Part shown: positions 40,674 through 54,478 of the stretch, one piece after another | Position numbering within the stretch: position 1 is the stretch's first letter | Layout of the letters: every line of letters starts with the position of its first letter | NCBI GenBank assembly: GCA_964016885.1 | Contig: OZ024752.1 | Location: 28,768,001 to 28,832,000, forward strand | Length of the DNA stretch: 64,000 nucleotides | Source of the DNA: Eledone cirrhosa | Taxonomy: Eukaryota | Direction: 5' to 3' | The notes under the pieces: generated by a model | Database searches by the model: none | Told to the model about the DNA's origin: nothing | What the model saw: the letters and a program-made list of their open reading frames with translations, nothing else | Position numbers and translations under genes: made by a program

Positions 40674-42376
40674 TCTATACATATATATAAAACTGAAATT
40701 GTCTGTGTGTGTGTGTCCTATTTTTTGCAAAGTCTATACAAATCCACATTTCTACTCCGATTGAATTCAAACTTGCATTTATATATTCCTTGCGGTCTAA
40801 AGATATTAACTGCAGCTTTTATTTTTCAATTTTCTGTTGTTAGGCGCCGGTTAGCGATCTCTCTCTCTCTCTCCTGTCTTTTTAGATAGATACATAGCTA
40901 TAACGTCGCTCCCTTATAATATCTGTCTGTATGTCTGGCTGTCTGCATTACGACATTATGAAAACATTGTTCCCATTGCTGACGTATTATCTTCGCTATT
41001 TTCCGTTCATTGCCAGGGAACGTCTTCACGAACCAAAGTATCCTCTTCCTGTTTTCCTTCGGTTGCAACGTTTTTCGAAATATTTACTTCTGCGTTCACA
41101 GATTGATTTTTTTTGTTTCAAAAGATCCCGTTAAGGTGAAAGCAGCGATTCTTTGCTTAAACTTTAATCTGTTATTTTAATATATATATACATATATTTT
41201 TTTTTTTTTTTTCGATCGACTTTCGTCAAATCGAACCAAGGAAACAATGTTTCCATTGGTCTTTCCAATTGCTGATACTATCTATCGGTTGCAACTCCAG
41301 GTAGAAGGAGCAATGTGAAATAAAGCTCAAGGACATAACGCATCACCCGGTCCGGGAATCGAACTCATAACTTCATGATTATGAACCCAACTCTCTAACC
41401 AACTCAGCCATACGCCTTCACATATATATATATATAATATATATATACATATAATTATATATTCGTGTACAGATATTTTTGCATACAGAAAAACAAAATA
41501 TAATCAAATGTATTTATTTCACGAAAACACAGACGGCTTATCGTCATTGTTACTGCCGATATGCCACTCAAAATGTCCCACTACTTTTGGAACAAGGCCA
41601 GCAATTACATAGTCAACGGTTCGGAAATCACATGCATCATTGACGAGTTTACTCCTTACTCTACCAGTTATTCTTAGTGTACTTCGTCCTGCTTTTAGGT
41701 CATGTCTCGAAGGAAGAGATACTCCATTGGCCGAAATAATGCGAAAGCGGCAAGAAAAAGAACAAGACGGGCAAACGAATCGTGAGTGGAATCTGCTATT
41801 CGACGGTTGCAAGATGCTGAACGTACTGCCACCAGAAGTGCACTTGAAACAGACAACCAACGAACCATTCGCCGAACCGTGTCAGCTTTGCAATGTCTAT
41901 CAACAAATCAGACTCTAGCTGTTGATGGTCTTCTTTTGGAAGAGTCATTTTTTTCACATGTTTTTTCACATTTTTTTATACGTTGGCTGCTCAAAAGTGG
42001 GAAGCAAGAAAAATCTTTGCATATGCCCGACATGGAAGAACAAGGAACATTGTGTACAAGGAGGTGCTACAATCATTGTTTAGGTAGGCGAGGAAGAAGG
42101 GGATGTACACGATTGGCTGAAGAAGTACGAGAGTGTGTTAGTAGTACGACCAACGGCTGCTATCACACCAACAGCAGCAAAAACAACACAAAAAAGTGAG
42201 GGAACGTAATTACATACTTTTCAAAAATCTTAATGGAAAATTATTTGCCTAAACACAAAATGTAGACACCATCCCCAGGCCGAGGTATTCCGTACTTCTC
42301 TGTACTGTTTCAGAGAGGAGGGATAAACATACTAATCTATGTTTAGAAGGCCGAGCAACGCTGGGCCATTCTGCTA

Positions 42377-42377
<1 letters not shown>
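40674..42377 (+). mobile_element. Non-autonomous Helitron-like element
   Basis: a|TCtatac..tataaaactg 5' end; 3' hairpin ggccgagc-aac-gctgggcc then CTAG|t; internal decayed RRLQDAER..ALETDNQR resembles a Rep/Hel N-terminus. Confidence 0.6.
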
Positions 42378-42453
<76 letters not shown>

Positions 42454-42641
42454 GGAGGTGAGTTTTATTGTAGCACAATAAAGCAATGCAAATATCGGAT
42501 AAGTACCACTCAACGGTTTATTGGACTGGAGTATATATAAGAAGAAATTAAAAGATGGTTTTAAAAGTTCCATGTATTTTATTATGTGCATTTCAAAAAC
42601 AAATATCATCCAGTGTTTTTAAGCTTCATATCATGTTTCCC

Positions 42642-42712
42642 TATTTTATCTGATGAGAACGCAAATATCGTCCCTGGATGATATTTGTTTTTGAAATGCG
42701 CATAATAAAATA
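42642..42712 (+). ncRNA. Type I hammerhead in cassette 42448-42750
   Basis: tattttat-CTGATGA-gaacgcaaatatcgtcc(c)tggatgatatttgttttt-GAAA-tgcgca-TA-ataaaata; 8-bp stem I, palindromic stem III. Confidence 0.85.
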
Positions 42713-42865
42713 CATGGAACTTTTTTAACCATCTTTTAATTTCTTCTTATATATATATATATATATACTTAGGTTAATAGGAGTTAGGTATTGTATACCC
42801 GTGTCCCATTAAGGTATTGGCAGCATAATAATTAGCTCTATGCTTTGGAGCAGAGCCGTATGTAT

Positions 42866-44583
42866 GATAAAGAACACAAGAGCGTCTACAACATCAAAAG
42901 ATTTTTATTGGCTTACAATGTTTCTTCCTTACGTAACCGTAGGATTCGTCAGAGCTATAAAAGGGGTTTGATTGGTGTTATGGACTCTACTAACCAAACA
43001 TTCAAGAACAAAGAGTAAAGAGAGTAAAGAGTAAAAGCAGGGGACGATAAGTCTAATTTTGGTGCGGGAGGGTGGGGTGTGGCTCCTTGTTTACTAGCTG
43101 TGGTCATATTCATTCCCGGAAGTCGAGTGGTTAGTTGAGCCATAGATGGGGTGGCGTCGATAGTAGGGTGCAGAGGGTGTGCAGAGGCTACACACACACA
43201 AAGGGCATACAATATATATATAACGGAGGAGAAAGTACATGAGGTAATTAGAAATGGAAAAAGAGTAATAATAATAAGCTATAATTAATAATGTATAATA
43301 AGGCATGGGGAAGATTACACTATAATAAGGTATAAAAGTAAGAATAAGGTAAAATATAAAGGATGATAAAAGTGAAAATAAGAATAAAGATAAAAAAATA
43401 TATATATATAAATAAAAAATATATATAGAGAATATATAAAGAAATATAAGCAAGTATTAGAAAGGGAAAAACACAATGTGAAAAAAAACGATTTTTTCAA
43501 ATAAAAAAATTATAAATATAGGGGGAGAAAACGGGATAGAGAAATATAATCAAATGTGATTAGTTGAGAGAATATAAGATGATAATAGTTATGTCAAGTT
43601 TATACATCTTAATAATAAATAATCTGTATATCAGAGTTACACATCCTTCAATTCACTTGCAGGTTCAACCCACGTGGCATAGTCCATTGTTCATCTGTGC
43701 GGTCATGTGCGTTTGTTTTTGACACCACAGCAGATGCACAAGTTCGTAAATTCCAATGCAGATAGAAATCTATTTTTGCTCACCCAGACATTGACGGAGG
43801 ATCCAATATTTCTAGTTCAATATGTGTGTGGTGTTATTTTGGTCGCACAAATCAATCACTTGGTTCAATATTATGGAGTATGGTTTTCTAGTCTTCGTAA
43901 CAGTGTCAGTGGTTATATATCTCGAAATCACAAGGATCACAGTACTCCGGTTTGAAAAGATCGGTTTTTTTACATTGTGTTTTTCCCTTTCTAATACTTG
44001 CTTATATTTCTTTATATATTCTCTATATATTTTTTTTATTTATATATATATATTTTTTTATCTTTATTCTTATTTTCACTTTTATCTTCCTTTATATTTT
44101 ACCTTATTCTTACTTTTATATCTTATTATAGTGTAATCTTCCCCATGCCTTATTATACATTATTAATTATAGCTTATTATTATTACTCTTTTTCCATTTC
44201 TAATTACCTCATGTACTTTCTCCTCCGTTATATATATATTGTATGCCACTTTGTGTGTGTGTAGCCTCTGCACACCCTCTGCACCCTACTATCGACGCCA
44301 CCCCATCTATGGCTCAACTAACCACTCGACTCCCGGGAATGAATATGACCACAGCTAGTAAACAAGGAGCCACACCCCACCCTCCCGCACTAAAATTAGA
44401 TTTATCGTCCCCTGCTTTTGCTCTTTACTCTCTTTACTCTTTGTTCTTGAATGTTTGGTTAGTAGAGTCCATAACACCAATCAAACCCCTTTTATAGCTC
44501 TGACGAATCCTACGGTTACGTAAGGAAGAAACATTGTAAGCCAATAAAAATCTTTTGGTGTTGTAGACAATCTTGTGTTCTTT

Positions 44584-44590
<7 letters not shown>
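42866..44590 (-). mobile_element. PLE remnant with ~635-bp inverted pLTR arms (42866-43502 / 43951-44590)
   Basis: Near-identical inverted arms, each carrying a hammerhead; the spacer on the minus strand reads ..IELEILD..WTMPRGLN, resembling a PLE C-terminus. Confidence 0.75.
44490..44549 (+). ncRNA. Type I hammerhead (mirror copy at ~42903-42962 -)
   Basis: ttttatagct-CTGACGA-atcctacg(gtta)cgtaaggaa-GAAA-cattg-TA-agccaataaaa. Confidence 0.75.
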
Positions 44591-44622
<32 letters not shown>

Positions 44623-44998
44623 GAAAGTAAGGTGTTTTAATATATCTCACACAGGTAAAAATATAGGAAAAAGAAGTTGAAAATGCAATTTGGCGTCTGT
44701 AAATAAACCTTTTTAAAGTCTCTAATTACATTTTCAACTTTTTTTTCCTCTATACACACACACAGATATATATAATAAGTTGACCGACCTAGCAAAGGTA
44801 TCACTGTTGGGACCGGTTGCATCTCAGCGTACTCAATAAGTAATGTTAAATAAACTCCCAGCGTAGACACATAGTTATTCACTTCAATAAACGAGTACCT
44901 TCAATTGTTCCCTATTTATTATTATTGATATATATGTCCCAAGGCTCTGATACCATCAACACTATAAACACAGAGCTGGCATATCTAAGAACTGGCTA

Positions 44999-45054
44999 AC
45001 TGCCTGATGAGGTCATAGCCATTCAATGGCTATCATCGAAATATATATAGCAGT
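44999..45054 (+). ncRNA. Type I hammerhead
   Basis: actgc-CTGATGA-ggtcatagccat(tca)atggctatcatc-GAAA-tatata-TA-gcagt. Confidence 0.85.
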
Positions 45055-45127
45055 AAATAAAGGATTATGAGTTCATGCAATTGACTTCTGTTTCGTCACT
45101 ATATATATATATTTATATATATATATA

Positions 45128-45398
45128 TATAATAACAAATAGGGAACAGTGTTCATCATATACATATTTAAGAATCAGTGTTGTATTATATACATATTTA
45201 ATTACATATTACACGTGTTTCAGTGCTGATCAGCTCGAGGAACGATCGAATAATGTTCGCTCCTGACTCTGGAATCGGAGTCAGGAGCGAACATTATTCG
45301 ATCGTTCTTCGAGCTGATAGATAGTGAAACACACGTAATATGTAATAAAATATATATATGATGCAATACTGATTCTTTGTTCTCTATTTATTATTATT
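45128..45398. repeat. Inverted repeat carrying a hammerhead 3' half (GAAA-cacgtg-TA)
   Basis: Arms 45128-45270 and 45277-45398; no complete core found. Confidence 0.7.
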
Positions 45399-45498
45399 GA
45401 TACTCCCCAACAGCATCGAGTGCTCATCTTGGCATACCACCTGTAAACGCAATTCAATTGCACCTCTACTACTTATATATATAAATATATATATATAC

Positions 45499-45529
<31 letters not shown>

Positions 45530-45581
45530 ACTATCTCTCTCTCTCTTTCTCACTATCTATCTCTTTCTCTCTCTCTCTCAT

Positions 45582-45652
<71 letters not shown>

Positions 45653-45653
45653 A

Positions 45654-45753
<100 letters not shown>

Positions 45754-46152
45754 TCTCTGTTTATGTTATCAAAGGTGATACCAGATCAAATAACCATCAC
45801 ATTGGGCATTATATGTTAGAGATATGTGTGAGTGTGTATATATGTGAGTGTGTATATATGTGAGTGTGTATATATGTGAGTGTGTATATGTGTGAGTGTG
45901 TATATGTGTGAGTGTGTATATATGTGAGTATAAATATGTTTTATAAAAAAATTGTGAATGCATGTATTGAAGTATCACACATTCTAATATTGTTTCAGTA
46001 ATATTTTTCTGTTCAGCACATTTTGCCTTTTACTCACCTCACATCGTTTCACGTAGAAATAGTACCGCCTCGTACAGCGTATGTCCCAAATGTTCACATG
46101 TCATCGCATTTCAGGAGCAGGAGGCAAATCTCTCATCCACCATTTCTCTCTC

Positions 46153-46187
<35 letters not shown>

Positions 46188-46329
46188 CTTTCGATTTGAT
46201 GTCAAGTGGTTACTTTACTCCAAAGACCCTTCGGTGGAACCCTATTTCGACCGTTTGTATTCCCCCATCATATTCTTTCGGTCATTGACCAAGATTCATG
46301 ACCATAGATAAAGATAGGCACGAACACCG

Positions 46330-46550
46330 AATTGAAGATAACTAGTTTGGCTTTTACACACCTACCTCTCATCTTCTGATAACCGAACGTTGAAGCTGGT
46401 GCATTACTCTACCAGCTCCAGCAATTTTTCCATTTAATATAGCCACCTGCCATCCTTCTCCCGTGGAAACAGCCCCGAGATACTTGAACCTCTCCACCCG
46501 CTTCAGTATAACTCCACTTATGCGGAGAGTGCACTGTACAGGCATCCTTA
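46330..46550 (-). mobile_element. RTE-like LINE fragment
   Basis: Minus strand LKRVERFKYLG. Confidence 0.5.
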
Positions 46551-47221
46551 AAAGGGCGCTTGTCTCAATATTTTATCAATTTAGGTAAAATCTGACGCAA
46601 ATTAGGACAAACGAATGAAAGGATTTTTTAAATATTTAAAAAACAAGATAAAATATAATTATTAAAAACATAACATTTTATTGTAAATATAACACGTATA
46701 TTTTACATATACAATTTTATTTTTAATAATCATTCTCATATATGTTTGTTATTGGTGTTGTTATTTTGTTAGCGGTAATTGTGCTAATAGTGAGGGTGGT
46801 GGTGTGAGGAATTATGCAACACCTCTTTATTTCCTATTCTGTAAAAATGTCGAAACAGCCAACAATTATTCAAAGGTAAACTCTATCACTTTTCTTTCTT
46901 TAGAAATTACTCATCTGGAAGCATTGAAGCGTACAGCTTGTCTACAATTGTACGTCATTTACATTAAACAAGACTAAGTTGATATTGCTATATTGTTTAG
47001 TTCAACTCCGTACAGTAAACATAATTTTATGAACTACGTATAATATCCATTTTTTATGTGCTTCACCCTGCAGCAGATTTGTATTCAAAAGTGAAACATT
47101 CAGTTCCCCTCTGAATATTTATCGACTGTTTTCCCCATTTACAAATTATTTTAAAACAATATTTCATTATATAACCTATATTGTATTTTTATATCAATTA
47201 TCTTTATTCGGTTCATTAGAA

Positions 47222-47386
47222 TTAGAACTCCGTCATGCAGCGTCTGGTCAGGTAAGGCGCTATTGTATGGTGACTCATCACTCGGTTTCTTAAGGCCTGA
47301 AGCTTAGGGTAACAATTTAGAAGAGATGGGTTTTCTCTCATGGGGTTCTCCAGGGCGCAGTAACACATCATATCGGCCATAGTCAT
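47222..47386 (-). CDS. S-crystallin gene 2, exon 6 (last)
   Basis: acag|[54 protein letters not shown]; 165 nt. Confidence 0.96.
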   Translation of the reverse strand: MTMADMMCYCALENPMRENPSLLNCYPKLQALRNRVMSHHTIAPYLTRRCMTEF

Positions 47387-47786
47387 CTGTAAAATAGAGA
47401 GGAGTGGAAATATAATTATTATGAGTTACCGACATGATACGAAACCCTGAATTCGTAATGAACAAAACAATACCTCAGACACGTTTAACCATAAAATAAT
47501 TCTCAGAAAGATTCGGTGTGACAAATTTATTTTTAATTACAAGTACAGTCGATCCGACGTATTTCCAAACAGTTTCTGTTCATACAATTTCATTCACATG
47601 CCCAAAAGATGACACTGTATGGATTAAACCTGCGACGTGATGGTTGCGAAGCAAACTTCTCAAACATTTGGGCATGCTGCGTTCACAATTATAAAAATTT
47701 TAAACTTCATGAAATTATATCTGCGGAACATAGCTCAGCGGTCCCCAACTTTTTTGCGTCACGGACCGATGTCGCGGAACATAGCT

Positions 47787-48096
47787 CAGCGGTCCCCAAC
47801 CTTTTTGCGCCACGACTCGGTGTCATGCAAGACAATTTCTCCATGGACCAAGGTGGGGCGGTCAATGTCGGTCACTCACATAACAAAGCACAATAAACAA
47901 TAAAGTGCATATTATATAATTTTAATATTAATTTAATTATTACATTTATAGTGTAAATGTGACTCAACTAAACATAAGGTAGACCGCGATAGTGAATTAA
48001 ATGAAACAAAAAAGTTTTTATTCTTTCTGTGCGGCCCGGCACCAAATGGTCGACGGCCCGGTACTGGTCCGAGGCCCGGTGATTGGGGGACTGATG
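47787..48096. mobile_element. hAT (Charlie-like) MITE with a duplicated left end at 47723-47773
   Basis: TIR cagcggtccccaa / ttgggggactgatg; 8-bp TSD acatagct / atatagct. Confidence 0.75.
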
Positions 48097-48214
48097 ATAT
48101 AGCTGATGATAAATGAATTTACAAAGAAAATAACAAGGATGAATAAATGAAATAGATATCCGTGAAATTAACTGAAATATAGTGTGTAGTGAAGTGTAAT
48201 AAAATGAGAGTTAC

Positions 48215-48322
48215 CTTCTCTCCCATAAAGAAAAGGTTGCCGCCATCATACTTCTGCAGAGTCTCCTCCATAAATGGAAGAATACGTTCGCAGGTGGCTT
48301 CGAACCGCAAAGTTTTGGCGCG
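48215..48322 (-). CDS. S-crystallin gene 2, exon 5
   Basis: atag|RAKTLRFEATCERILPFMEETLQKYDGGNLFFMGEK|gtaact; 108 nt. Confidence 0.94.
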
Positions 48323-49726
48323 CTATCAATCGAGAGACGAAGAGAAAAAAATCAAAGAAAATATATTATCACCATTCTTTATGACTACTTCCTCTTCCTC
48401 TTCCTCTTCCTCATTACCAACTTCATAACTGTATCTTCACAAACAATCAAGTGAATAGAAGAAGAAGAAGAAGAAGAAGAAGAAGAAGAAGAAGAAGAAG
48501 AAGAAGAAGACAATATTAACCCTGCAAATTCGAGGCAATTCGTTGTGTTGGCTGAGACATCGAAGCACTCAGAAGTAATACCTATCATTTATTGTGATTG
48601 AAAATAATGGAAAACATGGCGTCGCTGTGAACACAGTCAACATAATGGTCATTATATTCTAAAGAAAATGGCAACAACAACCACGACGACGGTGGTCTCA
48701 AAATGTCCATAGTTTCTCACGGTTTCACTAAAAATATAACGTGGAAATAATAAGGATTAACGTAGCGTAAAATTGCATCTACTTCAAATATGAAAATCTA
48801 TATTTCTGGCATGGGCACAATGCCAAATATTTTGTAAGAAACGAATGCAATATACGTTTTATATTATACTGTATTGCACTACATCATAAATTATTTGTAT
48901 ATAGTAACATATCGTTGTAAACTACTAAATACGCTCGCTCTATCACAATAAACATATATAATAAAAATTCGTAAATTATTTCCACTCTATCAGATGAAAC
49001 TCGGATACGGTCTGTTTCAACCGATTGCTACTGCAAGCAAAGTTGTATATCTTCTAATCTAGATTCATCTGAACCATACAACCCTACTCCCATCGTTATC
49101 GCTGTCGTATCTCACATGCTAGAATCCAAAGTATTCTATTTCCTTCGTCCTCATCAGGCCTGTTTTCCTTTTGAATCACTTCACAGACCCACAAATACAT
49201 TGAGCACGTATTTTACTCTCGCGACGTTGATCAACGGATATTAAAACTGAATATCAACTGCATCGATTTAACTCCAAAAAAGATAGGCAAAGTTCCTCTT
49301 TCAAAGAAAGGAGTCTAATTCATAAAAGAATCTAATTGATTCAGCTGCAATAGTTCACATGATCACAACCGTGTTGTTGTTGTTGTATTTAGCTCAAGTC
49401 ACCACTGATAATGTTGATCTATAATTAAACATATTCCAGCAAAACATCATTTTCTATATAGTTTATATATAACCACATAATCTAATGTATATTTCTTTTT
49501 TTAGACAATCGATTGTGATTTGAGGGAGATTTTGCTGCTGCTTCTACCAGATTTAGTGACCATAAACAAGCCTGTTTCAGTGCCATTCTGAAATGGAATG
49601 TTTCTATCTCAGACCATATACTATAGACTATCGCATCTTTTTGTGTGTGTGTGTGTGGAAAGTTGATATCTGACAAAAATTAATAGAGAAAAAAAAAGAT
49701 ACAAAAAACATGAAATTAGAACTTAC

Positions 49727-49756
49727 CGCAACATTTTGTTCAGAATCTTTTTTAAA
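49727..49756 (-). CDS. S-crystallin gene 2, exon 4 (30-nt micro-exon)
   Basis: tttcag|FKKDSEQNVA|gtaagt; phase 0-0. Confidence 0.85.
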
Positions 49757-50796
49757 CTGAAATTAATGATTAAAAAAATAGATTTAGTAGCAAGTATGCT
49801 ATATTTTATGGTTGTTAGTTCGTTGTTTATTTATTTTTAATTAATTCTGGTTAAATCTAATTTCCGTGTTGTTTGACTGCCTTTTGAGTTATTAATATAA
49901 TGATTTTTTTCCATACTAATGGACGCAGCATAGCTTTTAATTCAGTGGTTATATAAACACGACTACATTATTCGCTGTGTTATTCCTTTAAATACAAATC
50001 GGTGTTATTTAACCCGTCAGCTTTTAAACTGGCTATATCTGGTCAGAATTCTCTCACCTTTTTCTGTTCAAACTGGTCATAACTAGTGACTCACACTGAT
50101 ATAAAGGTATTGTTCTCAAAATAAATAATATTAAAATCCCATAGATTCCATATTATGTGGAATAATTATGTGAGATAAAACCTTTAACACAAAAATATAA
50201 TAGTATATATAAAGTAATGTAAATGCTAAAGGGTTAAGATATATTTGGTTGATATGTATAACAGATCAAGTAACCAAGTAGAGGCATTCCCCGGACTTCT
50301 ATTACTGGGTAGTATATACATAAAAAATACTATAATACAATATAATCCGAGTTAAAACATGTTTAAGTTTGAAGCTTATCGGAGTAGGAAGCAAGAGATT
50401 TTTGTATACAACAAAACTATTGTAATCTCTAAAATCTATGAAGAAATAATTTATATTTTAAAACATATCTACGTATTATATAAAAAAAAAATTATATGGA
50501 TAGATAATACTGCTGGCTGTTCTTACAAGGTATAAAAACAAATAGTTACAAACAATGTCAAAATCTAAACAGTAATTACCACAATATAATCACCAAAATT
50601 TGTGTATAAAATAATTTATATTTTAAAAAATATCTGCATATTATATAAAAAGAATTACATGGCTAGATAATAGTGCTGGCTGTTCTTACGAGCTATAAAA
50701 ATATATATTTGCAAACAATGGTGGTTTCCCAGCATGGCCCCAGACTGTCGGCTGAAACACGTGATAGAGTAATGTCAAAATCTAAACAGTACTTAC

Positions 50797-50912
50797 CACA
50801 ATCGCTCCAGAACTATCCTGATACATTCTCATATAATCGTCCATAATTTCATTGAAACAATCTGAAATAAACTCAACCCTGGCCATTTCCATATTAGTGT
50901 TGCCATGGAAAC
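50797..50912 (-). CDS. S-crystallin gene 2, exon 3
   Basis: ctag|(G)[38 protein letters not shown]|gtaagt; 116 nt. Confidence 0.95.
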
Positions 50913-51045
50913 CTAGGAGAGTTATAAAATAAAGGCTGTAAATTTCTCAGTACATTATAAATATCGTTAAACTTAATGAAAATTACTCTTAAAACTGAGA
51001 TAGTTTTAATATTATGTCATATAATATATGTGTGTGTGTGTGTGT

Positions 51046-51076
<31 letters not shown>

Positions 51077-51321
51077 CGTGTGCGTTTGTGTATATATATA
51101 TATATTAAAGAGTATTTGCTATGATCTTTAGTATATAAGATATATATATATTTACATATAGCAAGTAGGTTCAAAGTCAGTGTTGCAACATATGTGTACA
51201 CTTTATTGGCATATTACAATCGTTTCATTATCAATCAGCTCAGGATACAATCGTAATGACTGGGGCCCGGCTCTCCATTGACCCCTCGGCAGATATGCGA
51301 GATTATATGTGCAAACTTAAC

Positions 51322-51449
<128 letters not shown>

Positions 51450-51508
51450 ATAAAAAGATGAAATCGAAAACGCAACTGGAGTCTTTTTTTTTAAATATAT
51501 TTATTTAG

Positions 51509-51552
51509 TTCCTTTACCGGTTTCGCAGTTCTTCTGCTTTTCAAAAGTAGAA
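51509..51552 (-). ncRNA. Minimal type I hammerhead, U3:A8 variant
   Basis: ttctactt-TTGAAAA-gcag(aagaa)ctgc-GAAA-ccgg-TA-aaggaa; related copies at 59796-59839 (-) and 59902-59945 (+). Confidence 0.65.
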
Positions 51553-51660
51553 ATGAGATGTGGTTTTTCTCACATCTGTATGTATATATATATATATATA
51601 CATGTGTATGTATATATGTGTGCGTATATATATATGTATATTTATGTGTTCGTGTGTGTG

Positions 51661-51708
<48 letters not shown>

Positions 51709-51709
<1 letters not shown>

Positions 51710-51823
51710 CGTAATTCCCGGCGTCGAAGACGCTACCTCTTTTCCTAAAATAAGTCTCATTAGTTTTTTTTCAAGTTTTTGGTTGTCAAAATTAGGGTGC
51801 GTCCACGGTGCCGGGAAATACGG
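51709..51823. mobile_element. Tc1/mariner-pogo type MITE
   Basis: ta|ccgtaattcccggc ... gccgggaaatacgg|ta. Confidence 0.7.
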
Positions 51824-52424
51824 TATATATTAAAGATTATTTGCTATGATCTTTAGTATATACGATGTGTATATGTATGGACCCGTAACTCCTGAGGGAG
51901 TTGAAGGGGCGCGGTATTGACATACAGCGTTTCTATGGCATATTTCCTTTTAAACCTGGCGGAGCCAATCTCTCTAGATTTCTTCCGGAGAAGGATAGAG
52001 AATAATAGATAGAAAGGAAGGGACTTTGCCTTTCACCCATAAAAAAAGTATCAGGGGTCGATTCTTCCTCTGTACCTCTTTCTCACTTCCATTCTCTCAC
52101 AGTCTAACCTTCTCTGGAATAAATCTGCTGTATTCACACCTGGAGAGGATTGGGCTCCGCCAGGTTTTTTTTAAATTGCCCTAGAAACGTTGTATGTCAA
52201 TATGACGCCCCCAGAACTCCCTCGAGAGTCATGTGACCATGCATGCATATTATAGAAGCTATTTTTAGAGGTTCATACTGTAAAAGATGGTTGCCACAGT
52301 CTTTTGTGGTTTCCCTTTCACACCTATTCTCAACACTTCCAAGCAATTTTGAAGTTGAATCAAAAGTTGAAAACTACTAATGTGGGTGTCCATCATTCGT
52401 TGGACATGTATACAATAGTATTAA

Positions 52425-53294
52425 TGGTTTCTGATGTAGGCACAAGTCAAAACATTTGGGGGAATGGGGTAAATCTACCCCAGTGCATGACCGGTACTTT
52501 ATTTTATCGACCTCGTAAGGATGAAAGGCAATGCTAACCTCGGCGAGATTTGAACTCAGAACGTAAAGGGATGTAACTATATGCCACCAAGCAGGTTATC
52601 CGACACTCTACCGATTCTGCCAATCCAATAATAATAATAATAATGATTTCTAGTATAGGCATAAGGCCAGTAATTTGGGAGAAGGGGAAAGTCGGTTAAA
52701 TCAACCCCAGTATGTTACTGGTGCTTTATTTTATCGATTCTGTAATGATGAAAGGCAAAGTTAACCTCGGCGGGATTTGAACTCAGAATGTAAAGGGACG
52801 TAGCTATATGCCACAAAGTATGTTGTCCGACGCTCTACTGATACTACCAATCCAATAACAATGGCTCCTTATATAGGCACAAGGCCAGCAATTCCGGAGG
52901 AGGGGAAAAGTCAATTAAATCGACCTCAGTAAGTGACTGGTGATTTATTTGATCGACCCTGTAAGGATGAAAAGCAAAGCTAACCTCGGCAGGATTTGAG
53001 TTCAGACAATAAAGGACCACTAACTCTATGTGGCAAAGCATGTAGGGGACAATACAAAGACAGGGACAGTGGGGGTTTACAATAAGGTCGAGTAAAAGTG
53101 CACAATGGCAAGACTAATTTAACAATGAAGATATAAAAATATAAAATAAACTATGCATAAATATAACAAAATAAATAATAATAATAATAATAATAATAAT
53201 TGTTTCTACTTTAGGCACAAGGCCAGCAATTACCCAGTACATTACTGGTAGTCTATTTTATCGACCCCCGTAAGGATGAAAGGCAAAGTTAACC

Positions 53295-53344
<50 letters not shown>

Positions 53345-53432
53345 TGTTTCTACTTTAGGCACAAGGCCAGCAATTATCCAGTACATTACTGGTACTTTAT
53401 TTTATCGACCCTGTAAGGATGAAAGGCAAAGT
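52425..53432 (-). mobile_element. Array of five tRNA-SINE copies or fragments with (TAA)n tails
   Basis: Consensus matches at about 52425-52630, 52645-52855, 52870-53040, 53198-53295 and 53342-53432. Confidence 0.85.
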
Positions 53433-53448
53433 AAATAATAATAATAAT

Positions 53449-53809
53449 AAAAGATCATGCCTGATTGTAGAGGTAGCCTGACCATTTGACACGAGAGTGC
53501 AAGAAAAGGAGAGGGAGAAAATCAACCGATACCAGGACTTAAAGTGGGAGGTAAAAAGGATTTGGAACTTCCATGAAGTCAGAGTCGTCCCGATTGTCAT
53601 AGAAGCACTAGGTACTATCTCAAAGAGTTTCCAAGGATGGTTAAAGAAAATTAGTCCAGCCCCGCTTTTTGGAACACTTCAAAAGGCATGCTTGCTAGGA
53701 ACAGCAAGAACCCTCCGATACGTCCTGAATATCTGAGGCTGCAGGTAGCGGCTTGATATTCATTTCAACAAACTTTCCAGTTAAATAACATCAATGACTG
53801 AGACTCAAA

Positions 53810-53810
<1 letters not shown>
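53449..53810 (+). mobile_element. Dong/R4-like RLE-endonuclease LINE 3' fragment inserted in (TAA)n
   Basis: CLIVEVA*PFD..EKEREKINRYQDL..EVKRIW..VVPIVIEALGT..LQKACLLGTARTLR; (TAA)n on both sides. Confidence 0.85.
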
Positions 53811-53900
<90 letters not shown>

Positions 53901-53924
53901 ATCAATAATGCATGGTATATTTAC

Positions 53925-54020
53925 CAAATTCCCTTGACAAGTACCTGGTGATAGCCATGCTTTGTATGTACTGTGTCTTGTTGTCAAACTCCAACATTGG
54001 CATCATACCGCCGGGCATTC
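53925..54020 (-). CDS. S-crystallin gene 2, exon 2
   Basis: ttcag|[32 protein letters not shown](G)|gtaaat; 96 nt, phase 1-1. Confidence 0.94.
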
Positions 54021-54128
54021 CTGAAATTTGAAGATAAGAATATTACTGCAGACGCTTATGGTAGGAATTGGGATTAGCTGAAGAAAGCAGAACGAAACAT
54101 TCTATAAAGTTATCTTATAGTTGATTAT

Positions 54129-54478
54129 CAGAGTGGAGAGAGAGGCACTGCACCCCAGCAAATTTACTGAAAGGGGGGGTGAATCTGGCAAAAAATGCCT
54201 GAGTGATTGGGCCTTCTCTGTATATAAACCTGTAGGTTGAAGAAGAGAGCAAAAGGAAGAAAAGAGCACTTGCACAACACGCTCCTGAAGTTGAGGGTTG
54301 TTCTATCGACGGGGTATTAAACAACCCATTTGTGGCGCCTCCCCCCACCCCTCCCTATTGGGTATTTCGATTGTTATATTTGTTTGTTTCATATTTTTAC
54401 ACGATTGTATGTAAAATCCCCGACATGTCTTTGTTTTGTCTCCTTTTCTTGTGCGCCCTTGTGGCTAATAAAGAAATA
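54129..54478 (+). mobile_element. 5'-truncated LINE (Tx1/L1-like) 3' end with a 17-bp TSD
   Basis: Direct repeat atcttatagttgattat at 54112-54128 and 54479-54495; begins RVEREALHPSKF; ends aataaagaaata. Confidence 0.75.
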
